Shown here one piece after another: positions 49,557 through 63,494 of a stretch of DNA of 64,000 nucleotides. The first letter of the stretch is position 1; every line of letters starts with the position of its first letter. The notes under the pieces are model-generated. The model was not told where the DNA came from. It ran no database searches and worked only from the letters and a program-made list of their open reading frames with translations. Made by a program: the position numbers and the translations under genes. Origin of the DNA: an uncultured Gemmatimonadales bacterium (lineage in GTDB: Bacteria > Gemmatimonadota > Gemmatimonadetes > Longimicrobiales > RSA9); contig CAWCRS010000007.1 of assembly GCA_963798085.1 (NCBI GenBank), forward strand, positions 160,001-224,000, written 5' to 3'.

Positions 49557-51266
49557 GTGCAGGACATCGGCATCAGGCTGTTGTTCGATCCGCGCGGCGA
49601 TCGCATCGACTTCTTCGATGCCCACTTCGTCCAGCCCATCTCACCGGCGGGCCTCGCGCTCTATCGCTATTCCACGCGCGACACCACCCGCATCGTTCTG
49701 CCCTCCCGCACGATCACGCTGATCGAGGTCGTGCTGCGGCCGCGGCAGAACGACTGGGAAGCGCTCGAGGGCTCGCTCTGGTTCGATCGCGACACCGGCG
49801 TGCTGGCGCGCGCCGCCTACCGGCCGAGCGACGTGTGGAATCACGAGATCCGCGAGCCGCACGATCTCGACAATGTGCCCGGGTTCCTGAAACCAGCCAT
49901 TGGCACGGTCCAGTCGATCGTCGTGGAATACGGTCTGTTCGATCAGCGCTGGTGGCTGCCCAGCCATGTACACGGCGAGGGAGTCCTCGACTGGGGCAAT
50001 GGACTGGTACGCATGCCGATCTCCATCGACTGGACCATGAGCGACCAGGTCCTGAACGAGGCGCCGGACTCGGCCGTGACGCCCGGCGGCAATCTGGCGA
50101 GCGTCGCGCGCTCCGTGCACGGTGACGATAATCGCCGCGAGCACATCGAGTACCTCGCCCCGCGTGGCGTTGACCTGGCGAACACGGCCGTGTTGCCGCC
50201 GCCCCTCAAGCCCGTCGACACGATCGACTTCTCGCAGGAAGAGCTGAGCGCGCTGGTCGGTCGCATCACGCAGGTCGCTGGACCTCCGCCCGCACCACCG
50301 GCGCCTTCGCTTTCGCGTGCGCTGCTCACCACCATGCGCTACGACCGCGTGCGCGGCCTGAGCGCCGGCTACCACGCGACGTTCAACGCCGGCCATTTCC
50401 AGCTGACGCCTGACGTCCGCTTCTCGACCGCTGTGCCCGATCTCTTTGGCAGCTTTGCCATCGCTCGCGGCGAGGTCACGCTGACGGCGTACCATGACCT
50501 CGCCGATGCCAGCGACTGGAACCATGCGGGCGGACTCGGCAACAGTGTGTCTACACTGCTGTTCGGCCATGATGGTGGCGACTCCTACCGAGTCAACGGC
50601 GCCGCGCTGTCGTGGCAGGCGGCGCATGCTGTGCAGACACGCATCGACCTGTTTGCCGAGCAGCAGCGCTCCATCGCGCGGCAGACCAGCATTGCGCTCA
50701 CCACGCTCGGCGGCGGCCACCTGCGCGGCAATCTCGTCGCGGCGGATGTCGCTGTGGCGGGTGTGCGCACCGAATTGCGCGGTCAGCTGGGAGCAGACGC
50801 ACAGCGTACCGTGTTCAACTGGCGCCTTGCCGCTGAAGCCGCTCTGGGCGACGCACGCCATGCTCGCGCTTCCGCTGCGGTGCGCCTGACGCATCCCCTC
50901 GGCGCCACGACGACTGCCGCACTCGAGCTGAGTGGCGGACTCGCCGGCGCCGGCGCACCACCGCAGCGCAATTTCTACCTCGGAGGCGTGGGCACCCTGC
51001 GCGGCGTCAGCGAGAACGCCGTCAGCGGCCCCGAGTACGGGTTGGCGCGCGCGGAGCTGGGTCGCGGATTGCCCGGCATGCGCGCCGTTGTCTTCCTCGA
51101 CGCAGGCTGGGCCGGAGCACGCGGCGCAATGCACACGGCGCGTCCGGTCGCCGGCGCGGGAGCCGGCGCGTCCTTCCTCGATGGATTGTTCCGCGTCGAT
51201 CTCGCGCGCGGCGTGCTGCGCTCCAGCGCCTGGCGCCTCTACTTCTACATCGATGCGCTGCTCTGA
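49557..51266 (+). CDS. Outer-membrane beta-barrel protein (BamA/TamA-like C-terminus), apparently 5'-truncated
   Basis: RYDRVRGL, PPQRNFYLGGVGTLRG, GAGASFLDGLFRVDLARG, terminal YIDALL. No signal peptide; in-frame stop at 49488. Confidence 0.65.
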   Translation: MQDIGIRLLFDPRGDRIDFFDAHFVQPISPAGLALYRYSTRDTTRIVLPSRTITLIEVVLRPRQNDWEALEGSLWFDRDTGVLARAAYRPSDVWNHEIREPHDLDNVPGFLKPAIGTVQSIVVEYGLFDQRWWLPSHVHGEGVLDWGNGLVRMPISIDWTMSDQVLNEAPDSAVTPGGNLASVARSVHGDDNRREHIEYLAPRGVDLANTAVLPPPLKPVDTIDFSQEELSALVGRITQVAGPPPAPPAPSLSRALLTTMRYDRVRGLSAGYHATFNAGHFQLTPDVRFSTAVPDLFGSFAIARGEVTLTAYHDLADASDWNHAGGLGNSVSTLLFGHDGGDSYRVNGAALSWQAAHAVQTRIDLFAEQQRSIARQTSIALTTLGGGHLRGNLVAADVAVAGVRTELRGQLGADAQRTVFNWRLAAEAALGDARHARASAAVRLTHPLGATTTAALELSGGLAGAGAPPQRNFYLGGVGTLRGVSENAVSGPEYGLARAELGRGLPGMRAVVFLDAGWAGARGAMHTARPVAGAGAGASFLDGLFRVDLARGVLRSSAWRLYFYIDALL

Positions 51267-52110
51267 CCGCCAGCGCTGCCGTCCGGCCGCGGCGACATCG
51301 ATCACGCGAGGTACCTTGTTCGGCGAATGGCCTTGGTCGGCCCGGAGCGCGCTAAAGGCACCTGCGGCGAACGGTGAAAGGAAGAAGTAGAGTGTACTCG
51401 CTCTCGCGGCCGGGCCTCATGGCGCCGGTCCGCGCAGCCACGGCCGTGCGACGGTGTCAACGAAGCGGAGCGCTCCATGGTTCAGGTCGAACGTCGAAGC
51501 GCATGGATGTGGTCACTCGGCATCCTCCTGCTGAGCGCTGCGGTCACCGGGCTGAGTGGCAACGCCTCGCCGTTGCACGCGCAGGGCAAGGCTTCGCTCG
51601 AACCGTTCGCTTTTCTCGCCGGAGGCACCTGGGAGGGCACCGGGCGCTGGCCCGACGGCAGTGCAATGCGCGTTCAGGTCCGCTACTTCTGGGGGCCCAC
51701 GCACCGCCTGCTGCACTTCGAGACCTGGGATCTCGAAACGGGTCAGCGCGTTCCTCTCTACGAAGGGCAGATCTTCTTCGACCCGGCGCGCGCGAAGTTC
51801 GTGCAGTGGAACATGAAGCCGACAGGCGAGCTGGATGTCAGCGAATTCGATCGCATCGAGCCCGGCCGCTTCGAGGTGAATGCGCCGCACACGCGCTCCG
51901 TGGTGCGACAGACCGGCCCTGACGAATTCCACTGGGAGCTGCGTGTGCCGCAGGGCGACACATGGCAGCTCATTCTCGACGCGACCTATCGTCGAATGAA
52001 GGGTTCGTCGTCGGAACCGATACACATGTGGCTGGGCGCGGCGATACACCACAATGCGCCACCCGCCTCGAACCTTGCGCGGAGTCGGGCCCGTCAAACC
52101 ATCCGCATCA

Positions 52111-54524
<2,414 letters not shown>

Positions 54525-54544
54525 ATCATCCTCGGCTCTCCGTC

Positions 54545-55849
54545 CTACTGCGCGCCCTCGAGCAGAGCCTTGATCATCGCATCCAGTGAGCGTGTGTTGT
54601 TGATCCAGCGCGCCACCACCACGAGATCGTTCACCGGGTCCACGTAGATCACGTTGTTGCCGTTGCCCAGATGGTAGAACGCCTGCTCGGGCGCACTCGG
54701 CAGGGCCTTGCGCCCCGTGTTCAGAAAGAAGTTGCAGAAGCCGTAACCCGGGTTCACGCCGGGCGTCGTCGCCAGCTTGATCCACGCTTCCGAGAGAATC
54801 TGCTTGTCCGCCCAGCGTCCCCGGTTCAGCGTCAGGTAGCCGAAGCGTGCCATGTCGCGCGCGCTGATCCACATGCCGCCGCCCCAGTGGCCGCCGCCCG
54901 TCACCGACTGCACCAGCTGGCCATCCAGCACGATCCACGAATTGTCGTAGCCGTACCAGCGCCAGGTGTTGGACGCGCCGATCGGATCCATCACGTACTC
55001 GCGCAGCACCTGCGGCAATGGCCGTCGCCACACGGTGAGTGACGCGAGCGCCAGCAGGTTCACGCGCGTGTCATTGTAGGTGTAGACCGTGCCCGGCTCG
55101 GGCCGCACGCGATTCTTCCACTGCTCAATGTCGCCGCGCGGGCGGTCCGCCCAGTCCGGCTTGCCCCACAGCGTGCCCTGCCATTCGCTGGTCTGCCGCA
55201 GCATCATGTCCCACGTGATCTTGCGATTGTGCTCCGACTCGAACGGCTCCAGCACCTCGAACGCATTGAACGCCACACCCGCAGGCGGCGGTGCCGCCGT
55301 ACTGTCATTCGTGTTAGCTCCCATCACGCTCGGCGGTATCGGCACCAGCGACCCATCCCCGCCCGGCGGACCCTTGAGCGCAACGATCGGCGTCATGTAG
55401 TCGCGTACGAGATCCTTCACGTCGCGGATCATCTTGCGATCCCACGCCAGTCCCACAGTCGTCGAGAGGAAGCTCTTGGTGACACTGTGCGTGAGGTCGA
55501 CGCGGTCCGGATCGCCCCATTCCGCCACAATGTACCCGTGCCGCACGATCAGACCGGCAGGCCCGCCCCGCGGCTTGAACGGCCCGATTCCCTCGCCGTG
55601 CGGTTCCCTGCCGAACGAACCGCGCTGCATCTCCAGCTGGTCGCGCGGCGCCGGCGACTCGCTGCGCAGTGCAATGGCGACCGCTGTGTCCACCGCCGCC
55701 GCACGCAATCCTGCCTGCGCAGGCGTCTGCTTCTCCCACGCACCGCGCGGCGGGAAATAGCGCTGCTGCGCAGCCAGCGGCGGCGCGGCGATGGTGAGCG
55801 CGAGCAACGCGGGCGCAAGCCGCGTAGGCAGCGAGACGATCGAAGCCAT
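54545..55849 (-). CDS. Serine hydrolase, beta-lactamase class C / 6-aminohexanoate-dimer hydrolase-like
   Basis: SVTK (SxxK), YTYND, GGGMWISARDMARFG, HLG. Confidence 0.88.
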   Translation of the reverse strand: MASIVSLPTRLAPALLALTIAAPPLAAQQRYFPPRGAWEKQTPAQAGLRAAAVDTAVAIALRSESPAPRDQLEMQRGSFGREPHGEGIGPFKPRGGPAGLIVRHGYIVAEWGDPDRVDLTHSVTKSFLSTTVGLAWDRKMIRDVKDLVRDYMTPIVALKGPPGGDGSLVPIPPSVMGANTNDSTAAPPPAGVAFNAFEVLEPFESEHNRKITWDMMLRQTSEWQGTLWGKPDWADRPRGDIEQWKNRVRPEPGTVYTYNDTRVNLLALASLTVWRRPLPQVLREYVMDPIGASNTWRWYGYDNSWIVLDGQLVQSVTGGGHWGGGMWISARDMARFGYLTLNRGRWADKQILSEAWIKLATTPGVNPGYGFCNFFLNTGRKALPSAPEQAFYHLGNGNNVIYVDPVNDLVVVARWINNTRSLDAMIKALLEGAQ

Positions 55850-56115
55850 GAGATGCTCCCTGTGGAAACGCGGGGTTACAGCCGGCAAACTGCGCACGCG
55901 GTGCACCACGGTGCAAGGTCGGCCCGGTGCTTCACGCGTCGGGCATGCTGCCCGGTCGGCGCCTCCCGCCATCACGAGGGATGCTCCGGCGATGACGCGC
56001 ACTGCAGCCGCACGTTGAGGCAAACGGACCGCGCCTTGACGGATTTGCCTTGCTGCCGGTTCACCACCCATGTTGCCGTGCCCGCCGTCCCGCTCACGCG
56101 AACCGATGCGTACCC

Positions 56116-57504
56116 ATGAGTCAGACGCACAGGAGCGTCCGCATGCCGCACGCGCTCGTGATGATGCTGCTCATCATCATCGCCGCGGTGGCGTTGACGT
56201 GGGTCGTTCCCGCAGGCACGTTCGCGCGCACGAAGGCCGGCCTGGTCCTGCCCGGCACCTACCACACCATCCCGAAGCACTACGCGGCCGCGCTGCTGCG
56301 TCCCATGACCAGCACGGATTCGCTGGCGTATCCCGCCAGCCCGATCGCCATCGTGTCCTCGATCCCCGCGGGCATGATCGATCGCGCTTCGCTCATCTTC
56401 ATGATCCTCTTCATTGGCGGCATGTTCGGCGTGCTCGAGGAAGCGGGCGCGCTTTCCGCCGGCATCGACCGCCTGCTCGCCGCCACGCGCGGCAACATCA
56501 ACGTGCTGGCGCCCGCGCTCATGCTGGTCATCGCCTGCGGCAGCACGTTCCTCGGGCTCATATCCGAGTACCTTGTCATTATCCCGCTCATCGTGCTGCT
56601 CGCCGAGCGCCTCGGCTACGACGCGCTCATTGGCGTCGCCATCGTCACCATTGCCGCGAAGATCGGCTACCTCACGTCGGTCACCAATCCACTGCCGCTC
56701 GTGATCGCGCAACCCATTGTCGGCGTGCCCGTCTTCAGCGGCGCCGGCTTCCGACTGGTGACGTTCGTGGTCTTCCTGCTGCTGGGCATTGCGTTCCTGC
56801 TGCAGCGCACGAAACGATACACGGCACGCGCCTCCAGCGTGGACCTGCCACCCGCATCCCGCCTGTCGCACCGGCACATTGCCATGCTCGCATTGCTGGG
56901 CCTCGCGGTGCTCGTCATGGTCTACGGTGCCCAGCGTCTTTCGTGGGGCAATCCCGAGCTGGCCGCGATGTACGTCGCCGCATCTCTGCTGCTCGCCATC
57001 ATTGCGGGCCTCGAATCACGCCGCGCGGCTCAGGCGTTTCTCCGCGGCATGCAGGGCATGATGCTCGCCGCCGTGCTCGTGGGCCTCGCCTCCGCCGTGG
57101 AGATCGTATTGCGCAACAGCTACGTGCTCGATTCCATCATTGCCGGGCTGTCGCGCGCGGTGGAAGGCCGCCATCCCATCTTCGTCGGACAGCTCATGGT
57201 CGCCATACAGATGATCATCAATGTCTTCATTCCCTCGACATCGGGTCAGGCTGCCGTCACCATGCCCATTCTCGGGCCCATCGGGCAGATCGCCGGCGTG
57301 AGCGGCCAGGTCACCGTGCAGGCCTTCCTCTTCGGCAATGGCCTCACCAACATCATCACACCCACGTCCGGCATGCTGCTGGCCTATCTGGCAACGGGCA
57401 GGGTGGGCTACGGGGAGTGGCTCCGCTTCGTTGCACCGCTCGCCGCATTGCTCGCCGCACTCTGCCTGACGGCCACTGCAGTGGCTGTAATGATCGGTTA
57501 TTGA
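56116..57504 (+). CDS. YfcC/DcuC family transporter
   Basis: LTWVVPAGTF, IGGMFGVL, AQPIVGVPVFSG, IPSTSGQAAVTMPIL, FGNGLTNIITPTSG. Confidence 0.9.
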   Translation: MSQTHRSVRMPHALVMMLLIIIAAVALTWVVPAGTFARTKAGLVLPGTYHTIPKHYAAALLRPMTSTDSLAYPASPIAIVSSIPAGMIDRASLIFMILFIGGMFGVLEEAGALSAGIDRLLAATRGNINVLAPALMLVIACGSTFLGLISEYLVIIPLIVLLAERLGYDALIGVAIVTIAAKIGYLTSVTNPLPLVIAQPIVGVPVFSGAGFRLVTFVVFLLLGIAFLLQRTKRYTARASSVDLPPASRLSHRHIAMLALLGLAVLVMVYGAQRLSWGNPELAAMYVAASLLLAIIAGLESRRAAQAFLRGMQGMMLAAVLVGLASAVEIVLRNSYVLDSIIAGLSRAVEGRHPIFVGQLMVAIQMIINVFIPSTSGQAAVTMPILGPIGQIAGVSGQVTVQAFLFGNGLTNIITPTSGMLLAYLATGRVGYGEWLRFVAPLAALLAALCLTATAVAVMIGY

Positions 57505-57512
57505 AGGCGACG

Positions 57513-58358
57513 ATGCCGCTTCCGCCTCCCTTCACGATCCAGCGTCCGGCTGCGGCCGCGGGCCTGCTCTACGATTCGCCGCACAGTGGTCGCGCGTATC
57601 CTGACCACTTCCCGGCCGGCTCGCCGCCCGACGTGCTGCGCCGCGCGGAGGACGCGTATGTCGACGAGCTGGTTTCGCCCGGCGTGCAGCACGGCGCCAT
57701 CCTGCTGGCCGCGAGGTACGCACGCGCCTTTATCGACCTGAATCGCGCGCCCGACGACATCGACGCCGAGCTGCTGGCCGAGCCCTGGCCCACGCCGCTG
57801 AACCCTACCGAGAAGTCACGGCGAGGCCAGGGGCTGATCCGGCGGTTCGCGGTGCCCGGCTTCCCCGTCCACGCGCGCACCCTCAGTGTGGCCGAAGTGC
57901 AGTGGCGTATAACAGAGATCTATCAGCCCTATCATGACGCGCTGGAGAGCCTGATTGCAGAACTGCGCGGGAACCTGCCGCGCGTGCTGCACGTCGACTG
58001 GCACTCGATGAAATCGCGCGGCAATGCCATGACGCCGGACGGCGCCACACAGCGGAGCAGGGACTTCGTGGTCTCCGATCGCGACGGCGCGAGCGCAGCG
58101 CCTGAGGTCACGGCGCTGGTGCGCGACACACTCCAGTCGCTGGGCTATCGCGTGTCCGTCAATGACCCGTACAAGGGTGGCGCCATCGTGCAGCGTATCG
58201 GGGATCCCGCGCACGGCGTGCACAGCGTGCAGATCGAGATCAACCGCGCGCTCTATCTCGATGAACTGCGGGTGGAGAAGACAGCGGGGTTCGAGCCGTT
58301 GCGTGCCGATGTGCTGCGGCTGACGCAGAGACTCGCGGATTCCGTCACGCGCAGCTGA
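57513..58358 (+). CDS. N-formylglutamate amidohydrolase
   Basis: DSPHSGRAYP, EDAYVDEL, RAFIDLNR, YQPYH, DWHSM, NDPYKGG, QIEINRALY. Confidence 0.93.
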   Translation: MPLPPPFTIQRPAAAAGLLYDSPHSGRAYPDHFPAGSPPDVLRRAEDAYVDELVSPGVQHGAILLAARYARAFIDLNRAPDDIDAELLAEPWPTPLNPTEKSRRGQGLIRRFAVPGFPVHARTLSVAEVQWRITEIYQPYHDALESLIAELRGNLPRVLHVDWHSMKSRGNAMTPDGATQRSRDFVVSDRDGASAAPEVTALVRDTLQSLGYRVSVNDPYKGGAIVQRIGDPAHGVHSVQIEINRALYLDELRVEKTAGFEPLRADVLRLTQRLADSVTRS

Positions 58359-58449
58359 TGCGACCGGCTGCGCGCCGTGCGCCGCCGGTCCCCGTGCCCG
58401 CACCGCACGATCCGACGCTCGCGGTGCAGAGCCGAAGCCGTGTCGTCGC

Positions 58450-61159
58450 CTACAATACGCGCAGTGCGCGCACCGGATCGACGCGCGCCGCCCGCCGCGC
58501 CGGCAGCAGACACGCGAGCAGCGCCACCGCGAGCATGACAACGGCCACGCCACCGAACACACGCGGATCCCGCGGCGACGCCTCGAACAGCAGGGACGCG
58601 ACGCGTGCGCTGACTGCCAGCGCCAGCAGAGAGCCCAGCAGCAAGCCGGCAAGCACCAGCCGCGCGCCTTCGCCCAGCACCATGGCCACCACGTCCGCGC
58701 GCCGCGCACCCAGTGCCATGCGCACACCCAGCTCGTGCAGCCGGCTGGTCACCGAGTAGGCGATCACGCTGTACATCCCGATGGCCGCGATGAGCAGTGC
58801 AAAGCCCGCGAACACGCCGAACATCACTGTACCCAGACGCCACGGCCGCAGCAGCGGATCCACAGACTCCTGCATGGTCGCGATGACCATCGACTCCACC
58901 GACGGATCAATGGGACCGAGCTGGGCACGCAGCGTCGACTCGAAACGCTCCGCCGGCCCGCGCGGGCGCACCACCAGCGCGGGGCCGCCGAAGCCACGCT
59001 CCTGGCCCCGCGGGATGTAGTACTGCATTGCCGGGTCCTCGCGCAGTGCGTTGCGCCGTGCATCCTCCACCACGCCCACAATGCGCGAGCACGGCGCGGG
59101 TGCGTCCTTCTTGTCGCTGATGTAGAGGCACTGTCCCAGCGCATCGGCCTGCGGCCAGAGCGTGCTCGCCATCACCTGACTCACGATCGCGACCGGCTCG
59201 CTGCCCTGCCGGTCCGCCGCCGTGAACAGCCGGCCGCGCAGGAGATGCGTCCCCACGGCCTCGAAGTAGCCGTCGGAGACGGCTGCGATGTAGGGACCGC
59301 CGCCCTTCAGTTCGGGAATCGAGTCGTACCCTGCGACGCGCAGCTCCACACCGAAGGCGTTGCCGAATGGCGTCCCCACTGCCACCGCGGCGGCTTCCAC
59401 GTCGCGCATGGTGCGCGCCCGCTGCAGCGCCTGATCGTACCACGCGATGTTCCTCGCCCTCGCCTGCTGCTGCTGCTCCGGCGTCCGGTTCGGCACCGTC
59501 GGCCAGGTGACGTACGCGATCAGTGCGCGGTCCGCCTCGAAACCGAGGTGCAGGCCCGTCGCGTTCGCCAGACTGCGTGCAAAGAGGCCGGCGCCCACCA
59601 GCAGCACCACGCACAGTGCCGCCTGCAGCACCGTGAGTGCAGACCTTAACCGTGTGTTGCGGCCGCCACCGTCGCGCGCGCCCGAGCGCAGCGACGCGGA
59701 CAGGTCGGGCCGCACGGAGCGCAACGCCGGGAGCAGTGACGTGAGCACTGCGGTTGCCAGAGCTGCAATGGCGGTGAACACCAGCATGCGGCTGGTCCCG
59801 CTGGATGATGTCCAATCCACGTCCGGCAGCAGCCGTGTGCGCACCAGCCACACACCCGCGCGCGCAATCAGCAGCGCCAGCAGGCCGCCCAGCGTGGTGA
59901 GCAGCAGGCCGTGCAGCATGAGCAGCCGCACCAGCCGGCCCCGCCCGATGCCCAGCGCCAGCCGCACGGCCACCTCCTGCCGCCGCCTCGCCATGCGCAC
60001 GAGGTACAGGCTGATCACATTGGCACACGCGATCAACAGCACGATCAGCGTGACGCCACTCAGCCAGCGCGAGACCGACGCCTCGAGCGGCTCCTTGCCG
60101 CGCCCGTTGTAGCGCAGTTGCGCAAGCCGGATCCGGCCCTCCTTGAAGAACGAGCCCGTGCCCGTATAGGCGCGGTGCAGTGCCTCGGTCGCGTCCGGTT
60201 CCGCCTGCGCCACCCCGATGCCCGGCTTCAGCCGCGCGACCACACGCAGCCATTGCGCGTTCCACGTCGTGGTCCATTGCGCGGTCACGTTCTGGCTGGC
60301 CACCGACATCGGTTCCCAGGCATCGACGCGGCCCAGTTCCGCACCCGTGAAGCCGCGCGGCGCCACACCAACGACCGTGAACATCTGCCCGTTCACGCGC
60401 ACCGCGCGGCCCAGCACGCCCGGGTCCGCCGCGAAGCGACGGGTCCAGAGCCCGTAGCCCAGCACCAGCGTATTAACAGCCTGATAGGGCCGGTCCTCGT
60501 CTTCGTTGAAGAACCGGCCAATGTGCGTGTGCACACCCAGCAGCGGAAAGAAGTCGGACGTCGCTTCGCCCAGCAGGATCTGTTCGCTGCTTGCACCCTC
60601 TCCCAGCGTGCCCCCATCGACCTTGTAGGCGGCCACGCCCGCGAAGGAATGCGTAGCATCGCGGAACGTCGTGTAGCTGATGTAGCCCATTCGAGCTGGT
60701 GGCCGCCGTGGAACCGTCCGGCCGCGTGATCGTCAGGTAGAAGCGTGCCAGATCGCCGTGATCCACCACGTGCTCCGGCCCGCGCAGCAGCATGCGGTCC
60801 AGCACGCGGAACATCGCGGCGTTCACGCCCAGACCCAGGCCCAGCGTCAGCACCACCACCAGCGAAAACGCCGGCTCGCGCAATACCGTGCGCAGCACGT
60901 AGCGCCCGTCCTGTCGCAGCTCATCCAGCCAGATGCGCAGCATGCCCGGTCCTCTTCCTCTCGCCTCGCGCCGCAGCGAGATCCATGTGGTTTCCCGCAG
61001 GCCGAAGCGCCGCTCGGCTTCGGTTCTGGCCTGCACCTCGTTCAACCCGCGCTGGCGCAGCTGCTGCTCGCGCAGCTCGAGGTGCAGACGGATCTCTTCC
61101 TGCAGCTCGAGATCCAGCGCCGAACGACCGCGCCGGCGTTTTCGCCACCACCGCAGCAC
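58450..61159 (-). CDS. ABC transporter permease, ADOP family, with permease-prefix domain (frameshift near 60690)
   Basis: ELQEEIRLHLE...AERRFG, LTLGLGLGVNAAMF, LIACANV, ELGVRMALGA, LPARRAARVDP. Confidence 0.9.
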
Positions 61160-61166
61160 GCGCCGC

Positions 61167-61511
61167 CTACGCCTGCGAAGGCTCGACCGGCGAGCGCAGA
61201 ATGCCCGCCATGGTGTCCGCGAAGCGCAGCAACCGCTCCGTCTCCGCCTCGAGGTGCGCTTCGCCCGCACGCGTCAGCCGGTAGTAGCGCGCCCGCCGGT
61301 GGTTCTCCGTCACACCCCAGCGCCCGGCCACCAGCTTGCGCCGCTCCATGCGGTAGAGCGCGTGGTAGACCGCGGAATCGTCGAATCCCAGCGTGCCCGC
61401 CGAGCGCGTCTCGATCCAGTTCGTCACCTGGAACCCGTGCAGCTGCCCGCCGCTCAGCGCCTTGAGCACGAGCATGTCGAGAGTGCCTTTGACCATGGGC
61501 AGCGCATCCAC
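61167..61511 (-). CDS. PadR family transcriptional regulator
   Basis: KGTLDMLVLKAL...HGF...VYHALYRME...WGVTENHRRARYYRLT; directly upstream of the ADOP permease. Confidence 0.95.
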   Translation of the reverse strand: MDALPMVKGTLDMLVLKALSGGQLHGFQVTNWIETRSAGTLGFDDSAVYHALYRMERRKLVAGRWGVTENHRRARYYRLTRAGEAHLEAETERLLRFADTMAGILRSPVEPSQA

Positions 61512-61699
61512 GCGGCCTCCTGTGCTGAGAGTCTCTATTGAAACCTTCAATACAGCAACCCGCTGCAACTGTCAAGCCCACCACCGTCACTGGCTACCGC
61601 CTCAGCCCACCCCATGCCCTCACCTGCCAGACGCAGCCCGAGTCATCCGCCCGATCCATACTCGCCGCGCTTCGCACGTGTGCGCGCAACCTCCGCATT

Positions 61700-61738
61700 C
61701 GCCATATTGCACACCTGATGCGCCATATTGCACACCTG
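61700..61738. repeat. 18-bp perfect direct repeat with a 21-bp period
   Basis: CGCCATATTGCACACCTG at 61700-61717 and 61721-61738. Confidence 0.9.
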
Positions 61739-61785
61739 CGGGCGTCCGCCGCGGGCGCCGGCAACGTCCTTGCCTCGAGGAGATC

Positions 61786-62940
61786 ATGACAGGCGACGCC
61801 ATCAATCGCAGGGATTTCGTACGTGCCGGGGCCGCCGGGCTGGCCGGTGTGTCCGCCCTCGCCGCGACTGCCTCGCCCGTTCTCGCCGCCCGCGAACAGC
61901 CGCGTTCGCCCGAGCTGCTCCTGCGCCGCACCGTCAAACCGCTGGTCATCGCCGACAAGAGCGGGTACGACTTCAAGAACGGCGGCCCGCGCAACGCCGT
62001 CGAAGAAGCGTACAGCCGCGTCGTCAAGGGCGAAGACGTGCTGGATGCGCTGATCGCCGGCGTCAACATCCCGGAGCTGGATCCGGCAGAGACCGGTATC
62101 GGCTATGGCGCACTGCCCAATGCCGATGGCGTCGTGCAGCTCGATGCCAGTTGCATGCACGGTCCGAAGAAGCGGGCGGGCGGCGTGGCCGCGCTCGAGG
62201 GCGTGCGCACGCCCTCGAAGGTGGCTCGCGCCGTAATGGACTACACGGACCACCACCTGCTGGTCGGGAAGGGCGCACAGGACTTCGCCCGCAACATGGG
62301 TTTCACCATTGAGGCGGATCTCAACACCGACAACTCGCGCAAACTCTGGCTGGAATGGAAACGGCGCACCGATCCCGAGCACTACCTCGATCCCGGCCGG
62401 CGCGCGAGCCGCGGTCTGGAGGTCGGTCTCGAAATGGTGCGTGAGGGGCTGATCCCGGAGGGCAGCTTCTGGGGCACGATCAATTGCGACGCGATCAACC
62501 CGAACGGCGATATCTGCGGCGTCACCACCACCAGCGGGCTGGCCTGGAAGATTCCCGGCCGTGTGGGCGATTCGCCCATTCTCGGCGCTGGCCTCTACGT
62601 CGACAACGATGTCGGCGCCGCCGGCTCCACCGGGCGAGGCGAAGCGAACCTCTACAACCTGTGCTCGTTCATGATCGTCGAGAACATGCGGCGCGGCATG
62701 ACGCCCAGGGACGCCGGCATCGACGCGCTGCGCCGTATCCAGCACAACACCGTCGAGAAGCGGCTGCTCAATGACAAGGGCATGCCCAACTTCAACATCC
62801 GCTTCTTCGCGCTCAACAAGAAGGGCGAGTTCGGCGGCGTCTCCATGTACGCATCCGGCGAAACGCAGTACACGGTGTGCGATGAGAACGGGTCGCGGCT
62901 GCTCACATTCGAGCCCCTGCTCAAGGGCGACCCGACCTGA
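61786..62940 (+). CDS. N(4)-(beta-N-acetylglucosaminyl)-L-asparaginase family Ntn hydrolase with a Tat signal
   Basis: NRRDFV, GYGALPNADGVVQLDASCM, WGTIN, TTTSGLAWKIPGRVGDSPILGAG, STGRGE. Confidence 0.92.
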   Translation: MTGDAINRRDFVRAGAAGLAGVSALAATASPVLAAREQPRSPELLLRRTVKPLVIADKSGYDFKNGGPRNAVEEAYSRVVKGEDVLDALIAGVNIPELDPAETGIGYGALPNADGVVQLDASCMHGPKKRAGGVAALEGVRTPSKVARAVMDYTDHHLLVGKGAQDFARNMGFTIEADLNTDNSRKLWLEWKRRTDPEHYLDPGRRASRGLEVGLEMVREGLIPEGSFWGTINCDAINPNGDICGVTTTSGLAWKIPGRVGDSPILGAGLYVDNDVGAAGSTGRGEANLYNLCSFMIVENMRRGMTPRDAGIDALRRIQHNTVEKRLLNDKGMPNFNIRFFALNKKGEFGGVSMYASGETQYTVCDENGSRLLTFEPLLKGDPT

Positions 62941-63005
62941 AATCCGATGTGTGGTGTTAGCCGCAGAACCAGTGGATTGGAGAGAACGACGCAGAGCGAT
63001 TCGCC

Positions 63006-63407
63006 ATGCCACGGCGCATACTGATCGCTGACGATGACCGCGTGTTTGCCGAACTGAGCGCTGCTCGACTGCGTGCGCGCGGCTTCAGCGTGCTCATGGC
63101 TTTCGATGCACCCACGGCCATGATGACCGCCGTGAAGAACGAGCTCGACCTGATCCTGCTGGATATCCGCATGCCCGGCGGCAGCGGCATCGAGACCCTG
63201 AAGCGACTCAAGGCATCGGCCCGCACCGAGCCCATTCCCGTAGTGGTCGTAACGGCCACGGATGATCCGTCGGCGCGCGACCAGTCGCTGGCTGCGGGCG
63301 CCGTCGGCTTCCTGCACAAGCCCTTGGAAGCGGATCAGTTACACGACGAGGTCTGTCGCGTGCTGGGCGTCGAGCCGGGGCCTGCGCCGCCCCGCACGTA
63401 CCCGTAA
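63006..63407 (+). CDS. Single-domain response regulator
   Basis: ILIADDD, LILLDIRMPGGSG, VVVVTA, FLHKP. Confidence 0.93.
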   Translation: MPRRILIADDDRVFAELSAARLRARGFSVLMAFDAPTAMMTAVKNELDLILLDIRMPGGSGIETLKRLKASARTEPIPVVVVTATDDPSARDQSLAAGAVGFLHKPLEADQLHDEVCRVLGVEPGPAPPRTYP

Positions 63408-63494
63408 CGGTCTTGTAACTGCAGGCCTGTTGCCGTTGCTTCGCTCCCGTGCCGCAAGGACATTCAACGCGTAACCAAGCGAGCTGATGGACGC

